Below, piece by piece: positions 40,901-53,151 of a stretch of DNA of 64,000 nt. The stretch spans positions 1,994,240 through 2,058,239 of the forward strand of contig NW_019091358.1 of assembly GCF_001949145.1 (NCBI RefSeq), given 5' to 3'. The notes under the pieces were generated by a model. That model worked only from the letters and a program-made list of their open reading frames with translations. It did no database searches and was not told the origin of the DNA. The first letter of the stretch is position 1. The number at the start of each line of letters is the position of its first letter. Both the position numbers and the translations under genes were made by a program. This DNA comes from Acanthaster planci. Its lineage: Eukaryota.

Positions 40901-43900
40901 CCAGGGGCATGTGTACATCATTTACACTAATCAAGAACGCTCTACTTTACGAGTTCGCGATATTGAACCGTGTGACATGTGGCTAAGTCTTGCTCGCAGC
41001 TGCTTTAGCTATTTTAGCTTAGATTTCACACAGCGCCCTCTTTTTTTTCTGTCCATGTCAAAATTATCGAAATCCGTATTTTATGGTGAAAAAACGTGTG
41101 GGCGTATTTTCATCAATTTTTAGTACAAAATACGCCAAAATCATTCTAGTTGGCGGGTCTGACAAAGGTACTTGGAATACTGTCTTCCTTTATGCCAATA
41201 GGTCTTTCTTCTGGTACTAGGGCAGAAGAATCTAATCTTGAAGTGATTCAAGAAATGCTGTGCAAAAGGTTAAACATGTATTTGTTAGCACCTGCATCTT
41301 TTGCATCTCTCTCTACGCGGTAGAGAGGAGGAGAGAGAGATATCAATAAAGATATCATGTTACCACTGCCGCACACTATTAAACCTACCGTGTTTATTTC
41401 AATTCTCCGATACAACCTTCAAATTGTACGTGTAGCAAGTGGAATATCCGTATTTAGAAGTTGACTCTTACCCCTGCTTCTCCCACTGCACCATGTGCTG
41501 TCCATAACTGGCTTCATGTTGTTGCAGTGTGCGGTACAGCCCTAGGCATGCATGGGCTACCTGCAAAGAAACCATGAAAGCATCAGCTGAAAAAGGAATT
41601 CCCCAAAAAAAGGTCAAAGGTTTTTGAAAGCAGTGGTAAAATAGGGATAAGCACAAAGTATGGGTACATGTGGCTAGGAGGTGGTAATGTTATTACCATT
41701 TATGGTAAGAGTGTAACTTCTAAAGAAAAATCTGTGCAGAAATCAGCCTGAACAAAGAAGGAACTGATGAACCAAATGGGTGAAAATTCTGGACTAGTGT
41801 GTCTCAAATAACACAAAGCTTCAAGTGCAATTTACATCACCTGTTGACTAAAGAAACTATTGTTCACATGATGATGAACCCATATAGGTGTTGTTACACT
41901 GTCTTAAAGACTGTATCTTTATTGGCAGAGGAAATCACATGACCGGGCGACAAAAATGCATGCAAACTTCATTGGTGGACATCATTGTGATATCATTGAC
42001 TTGTCTATACCCAACAGTCTGGGGTCTGCTTTAAATCAGATTGCTCAGTTGTACCTCTGCTAAATTCACCATAGAACTGCCACTACGATACAATCAGCTA
42101 TTGGGGCAGTGAAGTTCGGTGAAGTTCATTTCTGCCTTTAAGTTCCTTTACATGACGTCTGATGAACTTGACTGAAGAAAAACGTATGCAAATTTTCCTC
42201 CAAAAATGTATTCATACAAGATGTAAAGATATTTCAAGCAAGATGCTTGCTATCAACTTAATTGTGTTCTGTCCAACATTTCCGATCCATACTTGTTTCT
42301 GTTAAATTTGAGCCCTTCAGGTGAAAAACAGACAAAACAATAAACAAACAAACAAACAAACAAACGATAACTGACTCTGTGACTGGGTACACAATTCTTT
42401 TATACCTCAGGGATGCATACATGTAACAGCTCACGTGAAACCTGGGATGCTAAAAGCCTCTTGGGTGGCAAAACATTGTATTGTACATCAAAGCAGTCAC
42501 TAATTGTAAATTGCTGCCTAATTTCTTTGGCAGCATATTGTAACTAACAAGAACTATAACCTTCAAAGAGTAAACATACATGTATAAAGCTACTGTATTT
42601 GTATGTGGGTCACACACAACAGTGGGTCACACAACAGTTACTCGCTAGTTGGGATCCATACATGTATGTATTCATATAAGATGTAAAGATATGTACATGT
42701 ATATCGATACTGCTCTTATTATCCTCTTATATTACCTAAGATCGAGCTGAACAAGGAAATGATTCAATGAAACTCCACATACCTGTGCAGCTATCTTGCC
42801 TTTGCCCATTTTCAGTTCTTCGTTGACAACAAATATCATCTTCAATTGGCCTGATAAGCCTCCAACCATATGTGTGCATGTAGGCAGCTGTTGGAATAAA
42901 ATGTACAAAATAATGCATTTGATCAAAGCACTGTGGGTAAAATCAAGAGAGAGGCATGCATTGTACATGGGTACATGTGTAGATTATTTCAGGGCAGATT
43001 TCAGAAAACTCTGTGGTACTGCACCTTACATGCATACAGATCAGTGTATTCTTTGTACGCAGTAACTACAAACAACTCCTTGCATGTACAGAATACACTT
43101 TTTAAATTTTGTGGGCATCAACAGAATGTGGCCACTTTGTGACAAAGAGGTCATTACCCTACCCAACTGTCTCTCAATGCCAAAGCGATCAGAGTATTCC
43201 CAATAAGAAAACGACCTTTCCAGGCACAAGTTATCTTTTCCCATCAACCATCTTCGGAAGTCTCAGGTTACCACTCACACAGTACAGCATTGCATGGAAA
43301 TGCAAAGGACTGCGGAGTGACAAGAAGGTGGCACATTGACAATTAGCAGGTATTCTATTACATTGGGCAATGGACACATTGCTTACACTGTAATGGAAGA
43401 AGGCCTGTAAACCAGAGTATGTTAGGATAGGAATGTTCGAAAGGACGACAGAACCTACTCAGATTAATTTGAAAACTTTGCACAAGCAGATTGAATTCAT
43501 ACCAGAATGTTTGTTGGTCTGGCTGGCCAGGTGCTTTCCATAACAAATGTTTCAAACCTGCCAAGATTTGACATTCTCCTTACAAACCTCATCCTACTCA
43601 ACATTTTTGTTTGGGTTTCTACATTGGTTCTTTTCTACTTCCTGTACATGCCTAACCCTCATACACACACAGGCACCCTCTCCATATTACAGTCAGTGAG
43701 TCAGAACAAAAAATGAGGGGCTCCAGGAAAATTTAGGCAGCGGTTTGGGGTTTCTTTTGTCATATCCCCCAAGGGCCAATTTTTTTTTTGTTAATTTGTA
43801 AAGTTTTGTATCATTGGTGTATAGCCATGGTTCATGAAGGACCTACATCTGCAAGAGGGTCCCCACCCCATCCAGCTTTAATAAGCAACAAAACTATTCA

Positions 43901-45171
43901 ATGCAGATGGAAGTACTGGTCCACTTCAGGGACAAGCCCATGGGCAAGTTTCACAGAGGAATAAAAGCTGTATTTACTTTCTTCCCAGTCCAATTTGTTT
44001 CAACTTCCCCCGCAAGCCGAAGAAGCTCCTCTTGATCTGCAACTTTAGGTTCATCCATCAAGTCATCAGGACAATCAAAGTACCAGGTGGCTGCTGCCTC
44101 CACCGAGTGGCCACCGGTCATTAGGAGTGCCTGCCAGCATGAGATGAAAGTGACAACTACATGTAATGTACTGCTACCAAATCAGCAACAGCATTTTCAA
44201 AACATACCTGTCTGGCACCCTGAGAGATTGGCGCTGACAACTCAAAACTAATCTTACAGGTATCCCTGGTGGAAGCTGTCAAAGTCCAACATGCCAAGGG
44301 GAATTGCTCAATCTGCCTGATCTCTCTATCTTTGTGCAAGGTTTTACTGCAAAATTTGCTGATAATTCTACCAACAGCCAATAAGACTTTCTATCTAAAA
44401 ATTGCTGTGGAAAACTGTTATGAAATAGAGAAGCATTGTCAGATTTCAAACGGAATAAACTGATTGTGCTGATCAACTGATCTTGCCCAACAACAACTTA
44501 TTTTAAAAACTATTTCTTGAAAATTTCACATTCGTAGATTCAGATTCCTGTTTATGTATTTTTGTTTTGTTTCTATTTTTTTAAAAGGGGTGTTGATAAT
44601 TTTTTTTTGTTTTAGCCCTAAAAAAGCCAAAGGGTAGAACCTGCCCCAATGACATTTCCTCTGATTTTGTCTCCATGTCTTTTCTTGTGAACCTTTAAAA
44701 GCTCTTCCTGTAAGTTCCCTTCATCATTATGAAATTTTTAAAGAAAACTTGATACACTGGTCTCTCAAAAAGCCCATATTTCTAAGACAGGCTAGCCAAA
44801 AATGTTTGACCTTTCCTTTGAGTGGCTCAATGCATGCAAGCCAATGCATGAAGCACAAAGAAAGAGTAATAAAACACCATACATGTATTCCAAGATCAAG
44901 TATGGGACAGCTTAAATCTTGTGACCCTGTCAGTGAAGTTACATGTATTTAGTAAAAGAGAAACTGCTCCTTATGCATGTAAATGGAACTTTCAGATCAT
45001 TTACCACTCACCTTTTCTCAGTTGACTCTCAAATAAAAACCAATGAGTTACATGTACCTTTTCTGCCATGGGTTCTGGTATGCCCATTTCACTAAGTGCT
45101 CGCAGGTAGTCCTGGTTGACTGTCAGGCCTCCCTCTGGCTCCGGTCTTTTCCCAAGGAGGTCTGCCTCCAT
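37918..45171 (-). CDS. pth2: UBA-domain peptidyl-tRNA hydrolase 2 family protein, 6 coding exons, 220 aa
   Basis: Exons 45171-45058, 44130-43978, 42887-42783, 41560-41472, 38841-38727 and 38004-37918, GT-AG with matching phases. UBA motif LRALSEMGIPEPMAEKALLMTGGHSVEAAATWYF. PTH2 motifs KMIFVVNEELKMGKGKIAAQVAHA, DVGKTE and GACTVLSIFG..LDQITGTLSLL. Confidence 0.92.
39911..41161. mobile_element. non-autonomous TIR DNA transposon in a pth2 intron
   Basis: 13-bp TIR cagacctgccaac / gttggcgggtctg (1 mismatch), flanked on both sides by ACAA (39907-39910 and 41162-41165). No ORF inside. Confidence 0.7.
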
Positions 45172-45449
45172 CGGGTGGGATTGGTCTGCCTCTGTTGGGT
45201 AAGGTTGTTCAATGACAGTCAATACCGGTAATAAATAAAAATGGACTGATAAACAAAAAATACAAAGTAACAAACAAATAAGGCATTGTTCCACCAAGGA
45301 CAATGTGCACGTTAGCTTCATGTACCGGTACTGATGCACACATGCACACTGCACAATCTATTTTGTTTTCATCAGGCAAACTTGAAATTTTCTCAGTTTT
45401 TGTTTTGGTTGATCCATGTCAACAGAAGTGTGACATACATGTACATGGG

Positions 45450-45661
45450 TACCTGTGAGGGCAGATTTGGTAGATGTTAGCCGTGTGCGCCTGTTAGGGC
45501 AGCATCAGCTAGAATACTCCCAAAGGAACTGAGATGGTTTCAGGAATGTTCAATTGCTGTGAGCCCAATTTGCAGGGATAATGATAATACTGCGCCTTGA
45601 GCGTCAGTTGTGATGGATATGTGCACTATAAGAATCAGCTATTGTTATTATTATTATTATT
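45450..45661 (+). mobile_element. SINE 3' fragment (Deu-SINE-like) with (TTA)n tail
   Basis: gctagaatactccc...gagatgg...gcgccttgagc...gatatgtgcactataa followed by ttattattattatt, resembling deuterostome tRNA-SINE tails. Confidence 0.5.
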
Positions 45662-47650
45662 GTGTGTGTAACTATGTTGCACGGTCCATGTCAAACCCCA
45701 GGTAATGCGCTGTTTCAACTCAACGCACTGTGCTGATTTTATGCTAAAGCAGTTACATACATGTACAAATTTAAATGGGGCGTGCTTGCACGTATAAATA
45801 CATGTAGGTCCCTATAACATTTACATGTACATGTATACCGCGCATCAAATTTGCTTGAAGACAAATTTGTTTTCATGCTCGGGCTTGTGGAACACAGAAT
45901 AATGTAGTGCATTATGCTACATTATTTTGTGTTCCACTCACGCTCGTGTGATAACCAATACACGTCAATATGTTCTACACACTACACAGTGAGGTACACC
46001 CTAACATTCACACTCAGCGTCAAGGCACTGCCTGGGGTGGGGAGGTAAAGGGGTACATGAACAAGGAGTTTAAGCAACAAAAGCATACGTACATGTACAG
46101 TATCAAGAGAACTGTTGAAAACTGCTGTGCTCTTCTAGATGCAAAACCAGAACAGTAGAGGAGCTACATGTAGTGCAAGGTGTGAAAATGTGGTTTGGTG
46201 AAATATCTTGGAGGGTGAGAATTTAAAACATGGCAGTCACACACTGTGTCAGCTTACCATTCTGTAGGCATGAGATGGAACCTACATGTACATGTACATA
46301 CACCACCAGTGCATAGGTAGGCCCTTACAGACTGATCCAAAGAGATGCCATAAATGTGGTGGCACTGCATTTAATTTGACATGTGCATACTCTTGGCATG
46401 TTCAGTGTTTGGCATATTCCAATATTCTATTGACGTGATTGATCAAAGAGTCATGTATTGCAAGCACACCTTCCTGTATACAAGCATTGTGCCACTGCAG
46501 TTATGGTTTTTAATTCATGTAATTCTGGTTGCCAATCTACATGTAGATAGCCTGGTACCAATCTAGATAGCCTGGTGGCAACAGAGGTTAAATATGTGTT
46601 GCTTGGCGACTCCGTGGAGGCTGTTTTTGTTATGCACAAAAGGTTTACTCGAACATACATGTACATGTACGTCTCCCAGTGATACGAAACTATTGCCCAA
46701 TGAGGATGCGTTAACTTAGAACCTCTAACTACACGTAAAAGCTTGAAAAGAGCTCCATTAAAGAAGAAATAATGAAAACTATGAAGTGGCTATTATTACG
46801 GTAACTGTAACATGACTTCAATTTTTTTTAGTTATGGCATTGTGTGCTGCCAATCTATCTGATTTCCATGACTTCTCATTACATGAACCACCATTTATTG
46901 CCAGTAGCTTTACTTCAGCGCTACTGAAATGGGTAAATCTGGAGCAAATACAACAGACTTTACCCAAACCAAATAGCCCCTTCCTCTTGTGTTAGCCATG
47001 CCTCAAGCTCTAAAAGGCTAGAAGGGGCCTTGTGGTGGCAGAATACATGTACTTGTAGGTATGCGCAAGCATTTCCGACATGCTAGGACTGAATCCACCT
47101 ATTGTGAAATTTTTTTCCCCATTTGTTTTTCCTAGTTTAGTTAATTTATTTTTTCAATCAGATTGCATGCTTAATTTTTTTATACATGTATATGCTTTTC
47201 TTTTCTGTTTTGGTAGGCCTGGGCCTACATGTACATGTGGATTCATGAACCAGATATTTTTTGAAGGGAAAAAGGTCACAGATCCATTTGTTATAGGCTG
47301 GTCTGGTTTCTGCTTTCAATGCAACTGCCTGGTGCAAGAAAGTACACAAAAAATCTCTCTAATCGTCCGTTACAATAGCCACTGTGTTAAAAACTATAAG
47401 AAAAAGCCTTTATATAAAAAGCAAATACTGAAATAGCGACATACCTCACAAATGTGACATGAGTAAAGAAATGCTACAAAAATAGAAAACAGAAAAAAAT
47501 GAGGGTTGCTTTCCTATCCTAACTTACTAAGTTCCATGTCTAACATAGCCCCACAAATAGGGCTGTAGCGACTCTATTTTACAATCTGTCTCTTATCAGT
47601 CGCCACCACAGCCCCACTTCAAGGCACGTCTTAAATGCCTGACATGCCTG

Positions 47651-48404
47651 AAATCCAAACTGCAGGATTGTCGCAAACTTTGAATCCTAATATCTTCTGA
47701 ATTGAGAATGACTCGACAATTTTACGTACACTGGCGTATTCCTCAGAGCTTGGACTTTTATACGAGCACCCTAAAGCTTTCCAAAATCGTAAATTTTCCG
47801 ATGTATGGCGCCTTGAAAAACCCGGCCTGTTGTATTACATGTCGACCACGGGCGGCGCCATTTTGAAAAACGAAAACGGGTCTTCGTTCGTTTGAAGTCA
47901 GGGCACCCGACAGGTGCGGAGATGCATAATTCATGTATCACAGTATTGCTTAGTAATAATTTGCGCGCGCACTTTGCCAGCGTGCAGTCCGTCAATAGCA
48001 ACGTGTGTGCATGTGGAGTAGCATGAAACAGTAATGCATGTTTATGTTATCCAATTTCACCGGTTCCTTGTTCGTTTGTCACGCAAGGTATAACAGGGAA
48101 CCAGTTTCGTATGGTACAACGTTACTAGAGCGCCTGTCGGGTACGGCGGGTGCCTTGATACCGACGCAAGAAGTGCTGCTTTCGTTTTTGAAAATGGCGC
48201 CACCCGTGGTCACCTTGTAAAACTACAGGCTGTTTTTTTTTCAAGGCGGCTTACATCGGAAAATATACGGTTTTGGAAAGCTTTAGGGTGCTCGAATCAA
48301 AGTCCAAACTCTGAGGAATATGCCGGTGTAAGTAAAATTGTCGAGTCATTTTCATTTCGGAATATATTAGGATTCAAAGTGTGACAATCTTGCAGTTTAG
48401 ATTT
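47651..48404. promoter_or_regulatory. ~270-bp inverted repeat pair at the probable pth2 promoter and first exon
   Basis: Arms ~47651-47918 and ~48130-48404 are diverged reverse complements. Each contains cctgtcgggt, aaaATGGCGcc and a splice-donor-like site (GTACGT at 47729 on -, GTAAGT at 48328 on +). The region is CpG-rich. Confidence 0.7.
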
Positions 48405-49249
48405 AAGGGGGGCTAGGCCTAACGTTGCTTCTAGACCCCCACGTTATAGGTCTAGGGCCCAGCTAGGAAAATATCATGTCATAGAGCCTAGAGGGGGAAT
48501 CTACATGATGTGATACATGTAGGCTACATATGTAGTAATAGTTATAATTACCAAAGATGGAGACATTCCCATAGGAGCGTGCACAACCCTTTTCAAACTT
48601 TACCGTCCCATAATTCAATATTCCCTGATCCGATCTTAACCAAACTTTGCACGTTTTCCTTTCAGACCCTAATCATCTCTCAAAATGTGGACGGTAAACA
48701 TTTTCCTCCTTTTCGTAGTTGGAGCATTAGGGAGACACTGAAATGTCCAAAATTGAAATGTCTCCCTAATGACCGATGTCTCCCCAATGTTGAAAAATTT
48801 ACCACAAAATGTCTCCCGAGTGACTTATTTGGAAATATATGTACCCTAACACTGGTAACAGTTTGTAGTAGGCCTATTACGTAGTAGCAACTTAGCCTCA
48901 GGCCTACATAGGCCTACGTGGGAGAGGACGTCGGACCCAAACCATACACAGTTCTGAGTTCTGTAGGGCCTACATAAATTTGTTTCAACTGCTGCCGAAA
49001 AAAAATTCCTGTATTTGTTATCATTTTCGATGTCGTTCAAATAATGTAACTTGCCAACGTCATTCTCAAGATATATTTTGTGTTATGCACTGCGCCACCA
49101 AGTACCTGAAGCGGGGAAAGAGAGTCTTCAACTGTGTGTGACGTTAACTCAATCGCATGCATCGCAAGTTTCTGTCTACATTATGTTATACCCAGCAAGA
49201 AATGAGACTGAGGGGTACCCCCCAACATGTCCAATCCCTATACACATTC

Positions 49250-49413
49250 TTGTATTTATGGGTTCTTTCTACCCAGTAAATGGGACAAAAGGAACTGACT
49301 CACCAAACGTTGGTTTAGCTTTTCATGGGGGCTGCCATCTTGTTTTTCTTTATTCACCCTGCAGACACTGTTTTAATATAAAACGTGTAGTTGGTGCCTG
49401 GGTACACATCACC
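49250..49413 (-). repeat. 3' LTR of the Gypsy element
   Basis: Direct repeat of 52988-53151. Confidence 0.9.
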
Positions 49414-49674
49414 CATCCTCTAAAAACTGTGAATAAATAAAACTTGTTAAGCACAGAAACAACAATCACATAGTAAACTGTTCTTTCAAAATGAGACATT
49501 AAGGTTTAGGCTGAGAAATGTTGGAGTTAAAGACTAATTGAATTCTCCAAAACTTTGTGTCTTACTCAATGCCCTAGGCTGTTGAAATGTTAGAATGAAA
49601 CAAAAAACATGTATCACTTCTCCAAGTCCTATTCTGTTAAATCCAAAATTAAGGTTTATTTTGTTCTAAAACTA

Positions 49675-49936
49675 NNNNNNNNNNNNNNNNNNNNNNNNNN
49701 NNNNNNNNNNNNNNNNNNNNNNNNNNNNNNNNNNNNNNNNNNNNNNNNNNNNNNNNNNNNNNNNNNNNNNNNNNNNNNNNNNNNNNNNNNNNNNNNNNNN
49801 NNNNNNNNNNNNNNNNNNNNNNNNNNNNNNNNNNNNNNNNNNNNNNNNNNNNNNNNNNNNNNNNNNNNNNNNNNNNNNNNNNNNNNNNNNNNNNNNNNNN
49901 NNNNNNNNNNNNNNNNNNNNNNNNNNNNNNNNNNNN
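49675..49936. other. assembly gap (N run)
   Basis: Run of N. Confidence 1.
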
Positions 49937-52048
49937 TTTTCAAAAAATTGATAACTGCCAATGCTGTGAGTTTGTGGAGGTGCTGTACCTCTATCCATCT
50001 GGAGTAGTGGTCCACCAGCACTAGGTAGTGTCTGCCATTGACTTCTGCTAGGTCACAAGCGAGTCGTTGCCAAGGTCTGTCTGGAAGTGGGGTGGAGATC
50101 AAGGGTGCTGCACGTTGTGCTGACTGCCTGGACTGACAGTAGGAACATCTCTCTACGTATTGGGCAATATCGGTCCCAATATCTGGCCACCAAACAGCTT
50201 GGGCAGCTCGTGCTCTGCACTTGGAAATTCCCTAGTGACCGTCTTGGATTCTGGAGAGCATCTCTTGTTGCATCTTGGCTGGGATGACAATACGGTCTCC
50301 ATAGGTGAGAAGCCCCTTGAAGTGACTTAAGTGTTCCTGTTTATCCCAGTACAGCCTCACTGTTGAAGACTCCACGTCCTTGGAGTACTTTGGCCAACCA
50401 CTAGTTACATATGGTGTAACTTGCTTGAGCACAGGATCAAGGGCAATTTCTCGTGTGATCTCCTCCAATTTTCCCTGGGAAACTGGCCAATGGTTTGTCA
50501 CCATATAGACGTTAACTTCTACTTCATCGGAAAGGTTGTCACATTCAGTAACCGGTGAAGTCAGTGGGACACGAGACATGGTATCGGCCACTACAAGGTG
50601 TTTGGAAGGTACATACACAGCGGTGCAGTTGTACTTCATGAGGCGCATGAGGAGTCGTTGACACCTCAGTGGTGTATCACACAGGTCTTTGTTGTTGATG
50701 AGTGGAACAAGCGGCTTATGGTCTGTCTGAATTGTGAAATGGAGGCCTCTCAGGTACACGTAGAACCTTTCGCATGTCCACACCGAGGCCAATAGCTCTT
50801 TTTCTATCTGGGCGTACTAGCGTTCTGCTTTGGTAAGACTTCGTGAGCAATATGCCACAGGTTTCCACTCTCAGTCTTCTTGTTGCTGTAGAATACAGCC
50901 GCAAAGGCCGTATTCACTAGCATCAGCACTGACAATCGTCGGCTTAGCGGCATCATAAAATGCAAGGGAGGTGCTGACGTCAGGAGCGTCTTCAACCTGC
51001 GGTCCCCACATCCAGCGGACATCACTCTTAAGTAGGTCATTAATTGGTGCAGCAACTGAAGATACATGAGGAATGAACCTGGCCAACCAATTCACCATGC
51101 CCATTAGTCGTTTCACTTCGGCTTTGTTAGTTGGTGGCACCATCTGTATGATAGCTGCTATCTTTGCAGGGTTTGGATGGATGCCGTCCTTGTCCAGCTT
51201 CATGCCAAGGAAGTCATGACAACCTTTCTCTGAGCTAATTTGCTCTTGTCTCGTTTGAGCTTCAGCCCAGCGTTCTGTATAATCGTGAGAACGTGTTGGA
51301 GTCGTTCATCGTGTTCTTCTTTTGTGCGGCCAGTCACCAGAACATCATCCATGTATACCACAACCCCTTGTATTCCGATCAACAGGTCACTCGTTATTTG
51401 TTGGTACATTTCTGGGGCTGACGTGATGCCAAATGGGAGTCGCTTGAAGCAAAAGTGCCCGAATGGCGTAATGAAGGTCGTTAACTCCTGGCTGTCCTCA
51501 GCAAGTGGTACTTGTCAGAAGCCGTGTTTGGCATCGAGAAAGGAGAATATCTGGGCGCCTGATACTTTTCCCAAGACTTCTTCGACAATCGGTATAGTGA
51601 ATCTCTCCCTGGTCATGGCTCTATTTAGCTGTCTGAGATCGACACATAGACGGATCGCACCATTCTTTTTCGGTGCGATCACAATGGGCGAACACCGATC
51701 AGTGGGTTTGGTGATCCGCTGAATGATGCCCAGATTCTCCATCTTGTCTAATTCTTCCTTCAGTTGGGGCATGAGAGGGATGGGGATACGACGAGGAGTT
51801 GTGACACAGTAAGGAATGGCTGCTTCATCTATCTTGATGTTGACTGTTTGTCCATGCAGACACCCCCCTCCTTCAAAAACACTCTCATGGCCGAACAGAG
51901 TGTAGACACGTTGCACCAAGTCAAGTGCTTCACAGGCGTGCTTGCCTATGACTGGTTCCCCCTGAGCCAAAATGAGAAACCGCAAAGTATAAGTCTTGCC
52001 TTTGACTTGGCATATCCGTGTGGTCTCGCCGATGGGCGTGGCTTTCTC

Positions 52049-52192
52049 NNNNNNNNNNNNNNNNNNNNNNNNNNNNNNNNNNNNNNNNNNNNNNNNNNNN
52101 NNNNNNNNNNNNNNNNNNNNNNNNNNNNNNNNNNNNNNNNNNNNNNNNNNNNNNNNNNNNNNNNNNNNNNNNNNNNNNNNNNNNNNNNNNNN
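52049..52192. other. assembly gap (N run)
   Basis: Run of N. Confidence 1.
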
Positions 52193-52987
52193 ATAGCTAC
52201 ACTTATTACACAATCCCCCACTAGGCCTAGGGTGGGGGGGACACTGATCCTTGCTTGGAGGTTTGTTGAAGCGCCGTGGCTGGCGCGGTTTCAACTTTTG
52301 GACATCCTGGACAACAGTGCTGTCTCCCCTAGCCTTGATTTCCTGTAGATTCTTTGTGGCCGTCTCGAGTGTTTTGGCTAGTTCAATGGCCTTAGAGAAT
52401 GTCAAACCATCTTTAGTCAACAGATGTTTCTGGATAAACTCACTGCGTATACCACAGACCAGGCGATCACGGAGAGCATCGTCTAGAAAAGAGCCGAATT
52501 TACGGGGTCCTGCCAGGGTTTGCAGTTCAACGGAATACTGTGCCCCGGTTTCACCAGGTTTTTGACCGCGCTGATAGAACCGAAACCGTTCAGCGATCAC
52601 AAGGCGTTTAGGCCCATAATGAGACTTGAACAGAGTGCACAGTTCAGTATGTGTCTTTTCAGAGACTGCCGCAGGGTCACACAAACTCTTAACGGTTTTG
52701 TACACAGGTGCCCCAATACAACTCAACAGAACAGCAGACTGTTTGGCAGCTGGAATGTCATTGGCCTTGAAATACAGGTCCAAACGTTCAAGGTAGTTGG
52801 TGATCTCTTCTACTTGATCATAGGGATCTGATCGCCCGATCAAAACTGAACTAGCATGCGCCCCCTCTGACTGCGACATGATCGGACAAGAACTACTAAA
52901 CTTTGGGTCCCGAAATTCTGCACTACAATGCTGTAAACGTGACTGTTATGTCCGCTAATATTTACTGGGACCACTGCTGCCACTATA

Positions 52988-53151
52988 TTGTATTTATGGG
53001 TTCTTTCTACCCAGTAAATGTGACAAAAGGAACGGACTCACCAAACGTTGGTTTAGTTTTTCATGGGGGCTGCCATCTTCTTTTTCTTTATTCACCCTGC
53101 AGCCACTGTTTTAATATAAAACGTGTAGTTGGTGCCTGGGTACACACCGCA
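52988..53151 (-). repeat. 5' LTR of the Gypsy element
   Basis: Direct repeat of 49250-49413, next to the PBS. Confidence 0.9.

Larger units (their letters stand above)
49250..53151 (-). mobile_element. Ty3/Gypsy LTR retrotransposon (gag-pol, degenerate, with gaps)
   Basis: 164-bp LTRs at 49250-49413 and 52988-53151 (8 mismatches by eye). PBS TGGCAGCAGTGG beside the right LTR, purine tract beside the left LTR, CATTC on both flanks. Gag (ERFRFYQRGQKPGE, LRDRLVCG), RT (RLCVDLRQLN, YMDD), RNase H (SADASEYGL, TDHKPL) and integrase (PDRPWQRLACDL). Confidence 0.95.

Noticed and set aside
43503..43557. 55-nt AG-GT bounded segment in a pth2 intron
   Set aside because: It has a stop in the required phase and breaks the frame; the flanking exons already join in phase 0.
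49609..50007. Long ORFs spanning N runs
   Set aside because: Artefacts of assembly gaps.
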